A stretch of 64,000 nucleotides of DNA from Candidatus Eiseniibacteriota bacterium (GCA_038231135.1 JBBRLX010000006.1:32001-96000), one strand, 5' to 3'; shown: positions 38,659-48,882, counted from the stretch's first letter. Notes: a model not told the origin generated them from the letters alone. A program made the numbers and translations.

Positions 38659-40269
38659 GTGATCGAACTGCTCGTGCAGCAGCCTTTGCTGCTGCTGTTC
38701 CTGGTGCTGGCGCTCGGCTTCGCCCTCGGGCGGGTGTCGGTGCGCGGCGTCAGCGTGGGCGTGGCCGCCGTGCTGTTCGTCGGACTCGCGGTGGGCGCGC
38801 TCGACCCGCGGCTCCAGATCCCCGAGATCATTCAGCGCCTCGGTCTCGTGTTGTTCGTCTACACCGTCGGGTTGTCGACGGGCCCGGGGTTCGCCTCCGC
38901 GCTGCGCCGTGGCGGGGTTCGCGACGTGATCCTCGCCGTTCTGGCGCTGGCCGCCGGCGCCGGCCTGGCGCTCGCCGCCCAGCGCGCGTTGCACCTGAGC
39001 CCGGCGCTCACCGCGGGATTGTTCGCCGGCAGTCTCACGAACACCCCGGCGCTCGCCGCGGTGCTCGAGCGGATCGGCGCGGGTGTCGCCGCCGGCCCCG
39101 CCGGCCAGCCCGCGGCGCCGGTCGTGGCGTACGCGGTCAGCTATCCCATCGGCGTGCTGGGAACGCTGCTCGCGGTCGTGCTGGCGCGCCGCACGCTGTT
39201 CCGCGGCGTGCCACCCGAAACGCGGGAGCCGGTGGTCGTCGTCATCGCGCGCGTCACACGCGCCGAAGCGTGCCGGATGCCGCTCGGCGCGCTGGCGCGA
39301 TCCTCGGGCTGGCGCACGCGGTTCGGCCGCCTCGAACGTGACAGCCAGGTTCGCGTCGTCGACCCGCGCGAGCCGCTTCGCATCGGCGATCTCGTGAGCC
39401 TGGTCGGCCCCGTCGGCGAACTGCCCGAGGTGCTGGCCGCGCTGGGGGAGCGCTCGTCCGAGCGCATCGACCTCGATCGACGCGTGCTCGACTATCGCCG
39501 CATCTTCGTTTCGAACCCCGCCGTGCTCGAGCAGCGGGTCCGCGACCTCAAGGGGCTGGCGCGTCTGGGGGCGCGGATCACGCGGCTGCGGCGCGGCGAC
39601 GTGGACGTGCTGCCCACCGGCGGCACGATCCTTCAGCCGGGTGACCGCGTGCGCGTGCTCGCGCCGGTGGCGCGCATGCAGGAAGTTGCGCGCTACTTCG
39701 GGGATTCGTACCGCGAGCTGGCCGAGGTCGACGTGCTCACGTTCGGTCTCGGCGCCGGCCTGGGCCTGCTGCTGGGCATGGTCCCGCTGCCGCTGCCCGG
39801 CGGCTGGACGTTCCAACTCGGCATCGCCGGCGGGCCGCTGATCGCGGGGTTGCTGCTCGGCTGGATCGGGCGCAGCGGGCCCATCATCTGGGTGATGCCG
39901 TACGGCGCCAACCTCACGCTGCGGCAGATCGGGCTCGTGCTGTTCTTCGCCGGCGTGGGCACGCGCTCGGGCTGGGTGTTCGCCACCACGCTGCGCCAGA
40001 GCGGCGGGTTGCCGCTGCTCGTCGCCGGCGCGGTAATCACGTGCAGCGTGGCGTGGCTCACGCTATGGATCGGACGCGCGGTGTTCAAGATCCGCCCCGC
40101 GGTGCTCGAGGGCATGGTGTCGGGCATCCAGACCCAGCCCGCGGTGCTCGCATTCGCGAAACTGGGTTCGGATGACGACGGCCCGGACGTCGGGTATGCG
40201 TCGGTGTTCCCGGTCGCGACGATCGCGAAGATCGTGCTCGCGCAGTTGCTGCTGGGGTTTGGGAGGTAG
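38659..40269 (+). CDS. AspT/YidE/YbjL family antiporter with TrkA-C domain
   Basis: LFVYTVGL..GPGF, GSLTNTPAL, YPIG and TQPAVL motifs; duplicated membrane domains. Confidence 0.9.
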   Translation: MIELLVQQPLLLLFLVLALGFALGRVSVRGVSVGVAAVLFVGLAVGALDPRLQIPEIIQRLGLVLFVYTVGLSTGPGFASALRRGGVRDVILAVLALAAGAGLALAAQRALHLSPALTAGLFAGSLTNTPALAAVLERIGAGVAAGPAGQPAAPVVAYAVSYPIGVLGTLLAVVLARRTLFRGVPPETREPVVVVIARVTRAEACRMPLGALARSSGWRTRFGRLERDSQVRVVDPREPLRIGDLVSLVGPVGELPEVLAALGERSSERIDLDRRVLDYRRIFVSNPAVLEQRVRDLKGLARLGARITRLRRGDVDVLPTGGTILQPGDRVRVLAPVARMQEVARYFGDSYRELAEVDVLTFGLGAGLGLLLGMVPLPLPGGWTFQLGIAGGPLIAGLLLGWIGRSGPIIWVMPYGANLTLRQIGLVLFFAGVGTRSGWVFATTLRQSGGLPLLVAGAVITCSVAWLTLWIGRAVFKIRPAVLEGMVSGIQTQPAVLAFAKLGSDDDGPDVGYASVFPVATIAKIVLAQLLLGFGR

Positions 40270-40318
40270 CGAGGCGCGAGACATCCGCGGGCATCATGCG
40301 TCGGACGCCTGACGCACT

Positions 40319-41323
40319 TCAGGCTCCGGGTTTGCGCCCGATCACGAGCGTCGCGGGATCGAAGTACTTCATTCGCTCGATCTCCACGAAGCCCGCCTCC
40401 GCGAGCCATTCCCCGTAGTTCGCGGCCGAACGCTCCACGTCGGGCGCTCTCAGCAGAACGTCCTGCATGCTGAACAGCAGCGGCATGAGGGGGCCGGTAT
40501 CATCGTCATCGAGCATCCAGCCGCTCAGCACCACGGCACCGCCGGCGGGCAGGTACTCGAAGACACGTCGCAGCAGTGCGCGATGGGCCGCGGCGCTCGA
40601 CATGGACAGGACGTTGGCCAGCAGGACGACGTCTGCGCCGACGGGAATCGTGCCCTCGACGAAGTCACCCTCCGCCACATCGATGCGCTCCCCGAGTCCG
40701 CTCTCGCGCACGAATGTCCGTGCGGCAGGGGCGATCGCCGGCCGTTCGAGGATGGTGGCGCACAGCCCGGAATAACGCCGGCAGAGCGCGATCGACATCG
40801 CGCCGGTGCCACCGCCCAGGTCGAGCAGGCGTCGGTGCGCGGACAGGTCGAAGGCTTTGCCGAGCGCGTCTCCCGCGAGCAGCGACAGGCGGTGCTGGCC
40901 GCGCAACTCGTCGCCGACCGGGGCGAACTCGCGCGAGGTCGAATCGTGCGGTGCCCCCGGCCGCCACGCTCGCAGACGGTGTGCGAACGCGGCCCACGCC
41001 GGCGAGGCGGATTCACGCTCGTAGTGGCGGAACACGTCGCCGAGATCGTCGGGTGCGCCGTGCACGAGGAAGCGTTGCGCTTCGGGAGCGTTGCGAAAGC
41101 CGGCGTCATCCCGAATCAGCAGACCGAGAGCCACGCACGCATGAAGCAGGCGGTCGACGGCCAGCGGATCGGCCCCGAGACTCGCCGCGATCTCGGCCGC
41201 CGTGCGCGGGCCTTCGGCGAGGAGCGTGGGAATCTTCAACTCGACCATCGCGAACAGGATCTTCGAGCGCTGGTAGCCCGCCGCGAGCTCCAGCAGCGCA
41301 GCAGGGGAGTAGGGTTCGTGCAT
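40319..41323 (-). CDS. O-methyltransferase (Methyltransf_2 with dimerisation domain)
   Basis: N-terminal HTH-like region; LLDLGGGTG and GDF motifs. Confidence 0.88.
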   Translation of the reverse strand: MHEPYSPAALLELAAGYQRSKILFAMVELKIPTLLAEGPRTAAEIAASLGADPLAVDRLLHACVALGLLIRDDAGFRNAPEAQRFLVHGAPDDLGDVFRHYERESASPAWAAFAHRLRAWRPGAPHDSTSREFAPVGDELRGQHRLSLLAGDALGKAFDLSAHRRLLDLGGGTGAMSIALCRRYSGLCATILERPAIAPAARTFVRESGLGERIDVAEGDFVEGTIPVGADVVLLANVLSMSSAAAHRALLRRVFEYLPAGGAVVLSGWMLDDDDTGPLMPLLFSMQDVLLRAPDVERSAANYGEWLAEAGFVEIERMKYFDPATLVIGRKPGA

Positions 41324-41355
41324 GGGCCGCATTCTACCCGGACCTGCCCGCGCGC

Positions 41356-42159
41356 CTACCGCGTTCCGCCGGCCTCCAGGCGGAGGCGATGCGTCTCGGC
41401 CACCTCCCAGAACGTCTTCGGTTCGAGCGGCGGCGTCGCATGCCGGCGCTCGATCTCGGCCAGCGCGGCGAGACGCCGGGCGTCGAAGTTGGCGGACAGG
41501 TTCCCGCAGTCGGGCCAGATCCGCACCGTGATGACGACGCGAGGCAGGCGAGTGAAGGTCGTGGCTTTTGCGGCGCGCAGCAGCCAGTCCCAGTCGTCGG
41601 AGACATGCAGGCTCTCGTCGAACGGGCCGACGGTGTCGTAGAGCGAACGCCGGTGCATCATGCCGCCGGGGACGATGAAGTCGTCGCGGCGCAGCTCATC
41701 GAGGTCGAACGGCACCGCCAGCGTTCGGGTGCCGGCCTGCCGCCAGCATTCGTCAGTGCTCCCTCCGTTCGAAGGGATGCGCTCCATCCGACGGACCTCG
41801 GCGTCTCCGTAAGCCAGCCCCGTGGCCGCATGAGCGTCGAGCACGCCGACAAACCCTTCCAGGTGATTCGGATGCCACAGGTCGTCGTCGTCGAGGTAGG
41901 TGAGCAACTCCCCACCGGCGAGCGCCACGCCGCGGTTCCGCGTGGCGGCAACGCCGGCGTTGACGGGGCAATGGTGATAGCGCACCGGGAAGTCCGAACC
42001 GAAAGCGAAGTCCTCGACCAGCGCCCGCGAATCGGCGCCATGATCGTTGACCACGATCACCTCGAAGTCGCGGTAGGTCTGCGACGCGATCGAGCCGAGC
42101 GCTTCGAGCAGCAGCGCCTGGCGATCGAAGTGGCTGACGATGACGCTGACGCGTGGCAT
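41356..42159 (-). CDS. GT2 glycosyltransferase
   Basis: VSVIV, VVNDHG, TRNRG, YLDDDD and DWDWLLR motifs. Confidence 0.9.
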   Translation of the reverse strand: MPRVSVIVSHFDRQALLLEALGSIASQTYRDFEVIVVNDHGADSRALVEDFAFGSDFPVRYHHCPVNAGVAATRNRGVALAGGELLTYLDDDDLWHPNHLEGFVGVLDAHAATGLAYGDAEVRRMERIPSNGGSTDECWRQAGTRTLAVPFDLDELRRDDFIVPGGMMHRRSLYDTVGPFDESLHVSDDWDWLLRAAKATTFTRLPRVVITVRIWPDCGNLSANFDARRLAALAEIERRHATPPLEPKTFWEVAETHRLRLEAGGTR

Positions 42160-42277
42160 GGCGGCGGGCCCGTCGGAAGTGAAAGGGGATGGAGATGGTG
42201 ATGGCGCTCGAGAACCGAGATGACACTTGCGGCATGAGCCGCAAACCGACCGGCTAGGCTACAGTATCCGTCTGTGC

Positions 42278-42363
42278 GGAGGGATGGCCGAGTGGTTTAA
42301 GGCGCCGGTCTTGAAAACCGGAGGACGAAAGTCCCGTGGGTTCGAATCCTACTCCCTCCGCCA
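42278..42363 (+). tRNA. tRNA-Ser(UGA)
   Basis: GGAGGGA/TCCCTCC acceptor stem, anticodon loop CTTGAAA, long variable arm, TTCGAAT and CCA end. Confidence 0.96.
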
Positions 42364-42690
42364 CTCTCTCTCGGCGATTCGTGGGGCGCCCCAGGACCAA
42401 AGGCGAAGCCTGATCCCTCAACCCCTCGAGGAACCAGGCTCGCCTCCCCACCGTGGATCCGTGTCGCCTCCAACGAGCGGCTCTAAGTGGCGAGCGTCCT
42501 GAAGGGCGATCACAAGATCGGCAGGATATCTGTTGCTCTGGCTGGTGATGTCGTTTGCCCGATCACCGGCGAGCACAGTTAGATGCACGCGTGGGCAGTC
42601 GATTCATGGATTTCTTCGGGTCCTTCCGGCTTGGATCGGCGCGCGCAGCGTTCCTGGGTGACGCGGGTTCGGACGCGCGGAAATGCCCGT

Positions 42691-42719
42691 TTGGACGCGC
42701 GCGGCCGATCGGCTAAAGT
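42691..42719 (+). promoter_or_regulatory. sigma-70-like promoter upstream of tRNA-Ser(GCU) and tRNA-Arg
   Basis: TTGGAC-17 nt-TAAAGT. Confidence 0.45.
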
Positions 42720-42778
42720 GCTCCGTCGCAAGGCAGATGAGACTGCGGTTCGGTGCCCGCTCCAAGGTCCGTTTCACC

Positions 42779-42802
42779 GGGTTCGAATCCACTCCCTCCG
42801 CC
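42779..42802 (+). repeat. duplicated 3' end of tRNA-Ser(UGA), att-like
   Basis: GGGTTCGAATCC-ACTCCCTCCGCC matches 42338-42362 except for one missing T. Confidence 0.8.
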
Positions 42803-42813
42803 GCACAGATTTT

Positions 42814-42905
42814 GGAGAGGTGGCCGAGTGGCTGAAGGCATCCGCCTGCTAAGCGGTTGATCGGGTAAAACTGATCCGGAGGTTCGAATCCTCTCCTCTC
42901 CGCCA
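42814..42905 (+). tRNA. tRNA-Ser(GCU)
   Basis: GGAGAGG/CCTCTCC acceptor stem, anticodon loop CTGCTAA, long variable arm and CCA end. Confidence 0.96.
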
Positions 42906-42957
42906 GACCCGTCGAACCTGCTCGGCCGCCCCCAGGCCCGCAGCCCCGTTTCAAGGC

Positions 42958-43034
42958 GCGCCCTTAGCTCAATTGGATAGAGCATCTGACTACGGATCAG
43001 AAGGTTGGGGGTTCAAATCCTCCAGGGCGCACCA
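42958..43034 (+). tRNA. tRNA-Arg(ACG)
   Basis: GCGCCCT/AGGGCGC acceptor stem, anticodon loop CTACGGA and CCA end. Confidence 0.96.
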
Positions 43035-43225
43035 CCTTGCGGGATGGGCTTGGGCCGCGTGCCCGTTTTCTTGCCCACTCACGTCCCTGAATCGCGGTCC
43101 GCTAGCTTCTCGACCGCGGCGCTGAGATCGGCCTCGGACACGATGCCTCGCAGTCACAGGCGCGACCACTGACAACGCAGGGCTCCGTTCCCGAAGTGGC
43201 AACGCTATCGGGGTGGCGTGGCGGA

Positions 43226-43404
43226 AGGGTGTTCATCACCCACGGCCGGAACACGGAGATCGTCCATCAACTCAAGGACATGCTCACCTATGCGGGGTTC
43301 ACACCCGTCGTCGCGATGGAGAACGAGACCGCTATCGGGGCGACAAGCTCGACTACGACTCAACGGTGAAGCTGTTGAAGGCGTGCAATGACTTTCGGTC
43401 ATAA
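43226..43404 (+). pseudogene. internally deleted TIR-like nucleotide-binding domain gene relic
   Basis: RVFITHGRNTEIVHQLKDMLTYAGFTPVVAMENET joined out of frame to RYRGDKLDYDSTVKLLKACNDFRS-stop. Confidence 0.6.
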
Positions 43405-43847
43405 CCTTCAGGGATGAGCTACTTGTGACTGAGGGCCGTCGAGTTGAGCGGACTTCCAACACCCGCGCAGAGTTGCCAGCAGCCACGAGGAAGAGCAGCG
43501 AGTCCAGACCGCAGCCTGCTCATCCCACAACATCATTCTCCAAGACGGGCGGCCGGCCGGCAAGTCGCTCGGCCAGTCGGGGGCCCCAGCCCGGGCGTGG
43601 ACCGGATCCGCCACCAACGTAGGATGCGGGAAGTCGTGAGCGGAAGCATGCCGGCAACGCCGCCTGCACCGCGCGAGCCGAGTGGTATGCTCCGCCACCG
43701 TGGCCTTCGATGATAATCTCCCGCACCCCTCCGGGAACTGGTCGCCGGCGAGGACCCGCCCGTTGCGCATCCGCCGCTGACGGGCGCACGCACTGTAGTC
43801 CGGATTCGGTGTCTTGCCGTTCAGGTCCAACTTACGGAGGGGACGTC

Positions 43848-44378
43848 ATGGTTGCTAGGCCGTTTTCGCACGTGCGTGTCTGGCTGTTGGGACTTGCCCT
43901 GGCGTCGTTGGCTCTGGCGGGGTGTGGAAAGGGCAAATCGAACCCCGCTGCGCCGCAGATGAATCTCAGCGCCGCGTTCAACGGCACGTGGATCGGCTCG
44001 TTGACAGGTCCGGACTCCACCCAGCAGTCGGGCTGGTCGCCACGGGATCGCGACTCCCTGTGGATCGTGTTCAGCGACACATCGATGACGTACTACATGG
44101 CTCCCGCTCAGGGCGCCGATTCATCGCTCTCGCCTCCCCCCGATACCTGCTTCATCAGCTACCCGGTGGCACTGAACTCGCTCGCGGACCCGGATGTGTC
44201 GTTCCGCGTCAACCTGTTCACCCGGCTGCATCTCTCGCCGGCCGTGCCATTCGACGGCGTGCGCAACGGCACCACGCTCACGGGTACCATGGCGATCCCC
44301 GGAGACTCGCTCGGCGGCCACTGGTCGGCGGTGTTTTGTTCGACCTGCCCGGACACGGCGAAGGCGTGCGGCCCCTGA
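43848..44378 (+). CDS. hypothetical lipoprotein
   Basis: GGAGG RBS; lipobox LAGC; beta-rich body; C-terminal CSTC...C. Confidence 0.75.
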   Translation: MVARPFSHVRVWLLGLALASLALAGCGKGKSNPAAPQMNLSAAFNGTWIGSLTGPDSTQQSGWSPRDRDSLWIVFSDTSMTYYMAPAQGADSSLSPPPDTCFISYPVALNSLADPDVSFRVNLFTRLHLSPAVPFDGVRNGTTLTGTMAIPGDSLGGHWSAVFCSTCPDTAKACGP

Positions 44379-44576
44379 ATTTCAGGGGCACGACTCCCGG
44401 AGCCCCCGCCGCACGCACCATCCCGGCGACCCACAATATCCGCCCGGTTCATTCGTCTACAACGCCGGTCGCGAACCAGGACGACGAGCTGCTGCACCTG
44501 GAGGATCTGTTGCCGTCACCCGATGCAGGGCTTGAGGCGCTCTACGCCCGCGGCCGCAACCACCGCGAGGCTTGAA

Positions 44577-44984
44577 ATGCCACGCATCATTGGAATCATG
44601 TCGTTTCTTCTCGTCGTAGCTGTAACGTCGGGCGCCTGCCACAAATACTCAACTGCTCCCCGCAACCACTATCCGACGATGTCATCCCTGACCGTTGCGC
44701 CTCCCGAGATTGGACCTGCTGATTCCGCCGTTGTGACCTGCATCGCAAGTGATCCCGACGGCGATACCCTGGTTTACGATTGGGACACGGACCTTCGCCT
44801 TCGCATCAAGGGCAATGATCCAGGCGATCCGACCAAATCCAATACCTTCAACAACTCAGAGACCTTTTACCCGGACGCCAATTATCATCCAACCCGCCTG
44901 GACTCCGTCGCAATCGTCGTCACAGCTCGTGATGGTCGTGGCGGCGCGGTCGCACGCCCAATCTATCTCCTCGTTCACCCGTAG
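44577..44984 (+). CDS. hypothetical lipoprotein with an Ig/PKD-like domain
   Basis: SGAC lipobox-like site; ASDPDGDTLVYDW and VTARDGRGG motifs; atypical codon usage. Confidence 0.75.
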   Translation: MPRIIGIMSFLLVVAVTSGACHKYSTAPRNHYPTMSSLTVAPPEIGPADSAVVTCIASDPDGDTLVYDWDTDLRLRIKGNDPGDPTKSNTFNNSETFYPDANYHPTRLDSVAIVVTARDGRGGAVARPIYLLVHP

Positions 44985-45320
44985 TATCTCACCTTTCGGA
45001 CACTGTCGGAGGCTGTGACTCGTACATCGTGGCCTACGACTGGGAGCGTGACCTGCCGATCGCGAAGCTGCATCAGGAGGAAGCCGACGCTTTCCACATC
45101 CTGCGCGTTCGCCCATCGAGGTCATCAATGACGTGTTCCTCGCGCCGGAGGGTACTTCGTGACGCACTGGTCTGTATGACGCACCCTGCCCGCGAATCCG
45201 ATCACGCGATCTCCTGCGTCCGCCGATGACGTGAGTTGAGACCGGGACCGCGGAGCTCGACGAGCCCCGCGGTGGAAGACGTAGGCCATGCCGGGATCGC
45301 CTTCAACCCTCCGGAATCCC

Positions 45321-48300
45321 ATGTCGGCCACGGCATCACCCACAGCGCTCCGACGTTCGATCGAGCTGCTCGCCACGGCTGCGGCCTACTACGTCGTGGG
45401 CCGGCTGTCGCTGCTGCTTGCCATTCCGCCGGGCTATGCCACCGCCGTGTGGCCCGCCGCGGGCCTCGCGCTCGCCGCCGTGCTGCTGCTCGGCTTCCGC
45501 GTGTGGCCCGCCGTTCTGCTGGGTTCGTTCCTGGTCAACGTTCCCACGTCGTTCGCCGCAGCGTCGTTCGCCGCGATGTTCCGGTCGCTGCCGGTCCCGC
45601 TCGCCATATCGGCTGGCGCCACGCTGCAGGCGTTGCTGGGGGCGGCTCTGATCCGACGCTTCATAGGGACTTCCGATCCCCTTGCACACCGCCCGATCCG
45701 ATTCCTGCTGTTCGGCGGTCCCATCGCCAGCGTCGTAAGCGCCTCGATCGGCGTGAGCACGCTGTTCGCGGCCGGCCTGCTGACCCGGGATTCCCTGTTG
45801 TTCAGCTGGACGACGTGGTGGGTCGGAGACTGCATCGGAACGGTCCTGTTCGCGCCGCTCGTGTTCCAGTTGCAATGGGATTCGCGGCGCGCGTGGATCC
45901 GCCGGCAGTTGTGGGTGTCGCTGCCGCTGCTACTCACGTCGGCGATCGTCGTGCTGCTGTTCTTTCAGACGAGCTCATGGGAGCAGCGGCGTATCCAGCA
46001 GGAGTTCCAGCGGCGCACCGGCAATGTCGCGATCGCGTTCCGGAGCCGCCTCGACCGCTATCTGGACGTGATGCATTCGATCGAAAGCCTCTACGCCGCC
46101 TCGGCGAGCGTGTCCCAGGCGCAATTCCATGCGTTCGTGAGTCCGATTTTCGGCCGAACCCCCGGAATCGTGGTGCTGGGGTGGGACGTCTGGGTTCCAG
46201 ATGTGGAGCGATCCAGGTTCGAGAGCGAAGTGCGCGCCACCGGGTTGCCGGGTTTCGCGATCCGCGAACTCGACGCCCATGGCGCGCTGATCCCGGCGCG
46301 CCGGCGTGGCGACTACGTCGTAGCGCGCTACATCGAGCCCCGGGGCAACGAATCGGCCCTGGGGTACGACGTCGCCAGCGAACGGGCCCGATTCAGGTCG
46401 CTCTCCGCCGCGCGCGATCGAGGTCGTACGGTTGCCAGCCCGCTGCTGCGGCTGGTGCAGCAGACCGACCGGCGTTACGGCCTGCTCGTATTCCAACCGA
46501 TCTATCGTGGCGGCCTCGCGCCCGCGACGCCGGCAGAGCGCCGGGCGCGGTTGCGTGGATTCATCGTGGGAGCGTTCCTCGTTGGCGATATCGTTACCGC
46601 GGCCCTGCACGACGTGGATCACTCCGGCATCGACGTGTCGCTGGACGACGTGTCCGACGCGAACACCACCCGCCTGTTCCCTTCCGACGCCGAGAGCGCG
46701 ATCGCACCGCTCGGGGCGACGGCGCGGCCGCTGTCCGTGACCAGCACGCTGATCGTGGCGGGCCGGCGCTGGAGTCTCACCCAATCGCAGACCTATGGCG
46801 CCGCCGACGAGGACCGCTCGTGGCAGCCGTGGCTGGTGCTCGCCTGCGGTCTCCTGTTCACGAGCCTGCTGGGGGCGCTGCTGATCATGTCGAGCACGCG
46901 CGCCATGCGCACGGAGGCGCTGATCGCATTGCGGACCATCGAACTCGAGCGCGAGGTCGCGGAGCGGAGGCGCGCGGAGGCGGCGGTGCGGGAAGCCAAC
47001 GGGGTGCTGAACGCGGTGCTGGATGGCACCACCGACCTGGTGTTCGTCAAGGATCTCGACGGTCGCTACGAACTCGCGAACCGCGCCCTGTGCGAATTGC
47101 TGCAGCGGCCGAAGCAGGAGGTGCTGGGGCGCATGTCGACGGAGCTGCTCGGCGCCGAGGTGGGTGACGCCATGGCCGCGGAGGACTCGGAAGTCCTGGA
47201 ATCGGACAAGACCCGTACGTTCGAGAGCTCCATGGACCTGCCGGGCGGTCGGCGTTACTACCTGACGACCAAGGGCGTGCTCAGGGACGCCTACGGCAAG
47301 CCACGCGCGGTGTTCGGAATTGCGCACGACATCACCGGTCGGCGTCTGGCCGAAGACCAGCGCGCCCGCCAGAACGCGGAGCAGCTCGAGGTCAAGGACC
47401 AGTTCTTCTCGCACGTCTCGCACGAGCTCGGGTCACCGATCGCGACGGTGTACCAGTTCGTCACCATCCTGCAGGACGGCCTCGCGGGCGAACTCAACGC
47501 GGAACAGCACGACTACCTGCAGATCGTGCGTCGCAACACCATGCAGCTCAAGACCATGATCGGCGACCTGCTCGAGGTGACCCGCGCGCAGACCGGCAAG
47601 CTGTCGGTGCGCCCGCAATGCCTGCAGCTCGGCCCGATTCTCGAGGAAACGGTCACCACGTATCGCGGGACCGCCGGTCTGCGTGAGATCGGCCTGTCGG
47701 CGGACTTCGAACCGGAGTTGCCCGAAGTGCTCGCGGATCCGGCGCGGGTGCGCCAGATCCTGACCAACCTGCTGGACAACGCTCTCAAGTTCACGCCCGC
47801 AGGCGGGAGCATTCGCGTGCAGGCCCGCAGCGTGTCCGAGGCGTTCGTCGAACTGTCGGTGTTCGATGACGGCTGCGGCATCCCCGCGGCCGATCAGTCC
47901 CGGATCTTCGAACACCTGTTCCAGTCCGCGAACTCCGTGAAGCAGAGCCGGCATGGCCTGGGGCTCGGACTGTACATCTGCCGCGATCTGGTGAATCGGC
48001 AGGGCGGGGAGATCTCGGTCGAGAGCGAGGTCGGGGCCGGCGCGACCTTCAGGGTCACGTTCCCCACGGTGTCCTTGCGCCGGACGCTGGAAGCGATGCT
48101 CGGACCGGACACCGCCGTCGGACCGCTGTCGCTGATCACGGTGGAGTTCGAAGGTGTGGGGTCCGATGTACGTGCCGAGGCGATCGAAGCGGCCCGCGAG
48201 GCGATGGAACGCAGCATCGTGCCGAGCATCGACGTGTTGCTACCATGGCGCCGAACCGGTGCAGGCTCCGAGACTTCCCATGTCATCGCGCGCTGCGATG

Positions 48301-48500
48301 TCGCCGGGTCGCTGGTGATGGCGCGGCGCCTCGAGTCGCAACTGGCGCGCTGTTCGACGTTGGCGCAGGATCAAGTGTCGTGGCGTATCACTCAGGAGAC
48401 TCTGTCGTTCACGGATGTTCGAGCGACGGTGGACCTCGCCACGCTGACCGAGACCCTGGAGTCGCGGCTGCGTGGGGATTCGAACCGGAAGGCGGCCTGA
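45321..48500 (+). CDS. MASE1-CHASE-PAS sensor histidine kinase
   Basis: VWPAAG/WWVGD (MASE1), YIEP..NESALGYD (CHASE), FVKDLDGRY (PAS), SHEL, NLLDNALKFT, DDGCGI and GLGLGL motifs. Confidence 0.9.
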   Translation: MSATASPTALRRSIELLATAAAYYVVGRLSLLLAIPPGYATAVWPAAGLALAAVLLLGFRVWPAVLLGSFLVNVPTSFAAASFAAMFRSLPVPLAISAGATLQALLGAALIRRFIGTSDPLAHRPIRFLLFGGPIASVVSASIGVSTLFAAGLLTRDSLLFSWTTWWVGDCIGTVLFAPLVFQLQWDSRRAWIRRQLWVSLPLLLTSAIVVLLFFQTSSWEQRRIQQEFQRRTGNVAIAFRSRLDRYLDVMHSIESLYAASASVSQAQFHAFVSPIFGRTPGIVVLGWDVWVPDVERSRFESEVRATGLPGFAIRELDAHGALIPARRRGDYVVARYIEPRGNESALGYDVASERARFRSLSAARDRGRTVASPLLRLVQQTDRRYGLLVFQPIYRGGLAPATPAERRARLRGFIVGAFLVGDIVTAALHDVDHSGIDVSLDDVSDANTTRLFPSDAESAIAPLGATARPLSVTSTLIVAGRRWSLTQSQTYGAADEDRSWQPWLVLACGLLFTSLLGALLIMSSTRAMRTEALIALRTIELEREVAERRRAEAAVREANGVLNAVLDGTTDLVFVKDLDGRYELANRALCELLQRPKQEVLGRMSTELLGAEVGDAMAAEDSEVLESDKTRTFESSMDLPGGRRYYLTTKGVLRDAYGKPRAVFGIAHDITGRRLAEDQRARQNAEQLEVKDQFFSHVSHELGSPIATVYQFVTILQDGLAGELNAEQHDYLQIVRRNTMQLKTMIGDLLEVTRAQTGKLSVRPQCLQLGPILEETVTTYRGTAGLREIGLSADFEPELPEVLADPARVRQILTNLLDNALKFTPAGGSIRVQARSVSEAFVELSVFDDGCGIPAADQSRIFEHLFQSANSVKQSRHGLGLGLYICRDLVNRQGGEISVESEVGAGATFRVTFPTVSLRRTLEAMLGPDTAVGPLSLITVEFEGVGSDVRAEAIEAAREAMERSIVPSIDVLLPWRRTGAGSETSHVIARCDVAGSLVMARRLESQLARCSTLAQDQVSWRITQETLSFTDVRATVDLATLTETLESRLRGDSNRKAA

Positions 48501-48501
48501 C

Positions 48502-48882
48502 ATGGCGGGAAAGAAGCTGCTGATCATCGACGACGACGCGGACTTGCTTAGAGCGCTCAGCGTGCGCTTGAGAGCCAGCGGGTATCAGGTGTCGCAGGCC
48601 GGAGACGGCACTCAGGCCATCAGCGCCGCCCGGCGGGATGTCCCGGATCTGATCCTGCTCGACATCGGACTGCCGGGAGGTGATGGCTACGTCGTTCTGG
48701 AGCGCCTGCGCGGGCTGAACACGCTGTCGTCGATCCCGGTGATCGTGCTGAGCGCCAAGGACCCCGCGGTCCATCGCCCGAGGGTGCTCAAGGCGGGCGC
48801 GATTTCCTTCCACGAGAAGACGGAAGACAGTGCCGTGCTGCTGGCGGACATCCGGCGCCTGCTGGGCGAGGATGCCGCGTAG
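48502..48882 (+). CDS. single-domain response regulator
   Basis: IIDDD, PDLILLDIGLPGGDG and LSA motifs. Confidence 0.9.
   Translation: MAGKKLLIIDDDADLLRALSVRLRASGYQVSQAGDGTQAISAARRDVPDLILLDIGLPGGDGYVVLERLRGLNTLSSIPVIVLSAKDPAVHRPRVLKAGAISFHEKTEDSAVLLADIRRLLGEDAA

Noticed and set aside
42278..42363. tRNA with TGA in its anticodon loop as a possible tRNA-Sec for the selenoprotein
   Set aside because: Anticodon UGA reads UCA (Ser). tRNA-Sec needs anticodon UCA and an 8-bp acceptor stem; this is a standard tRNA-Ser.
43405..43830. Short overlapping ORFs on both strands, here and at 45017-45230
   Set aside because: No RBS, motif or codon bias supports them; probably decayed or intergenic DNA.
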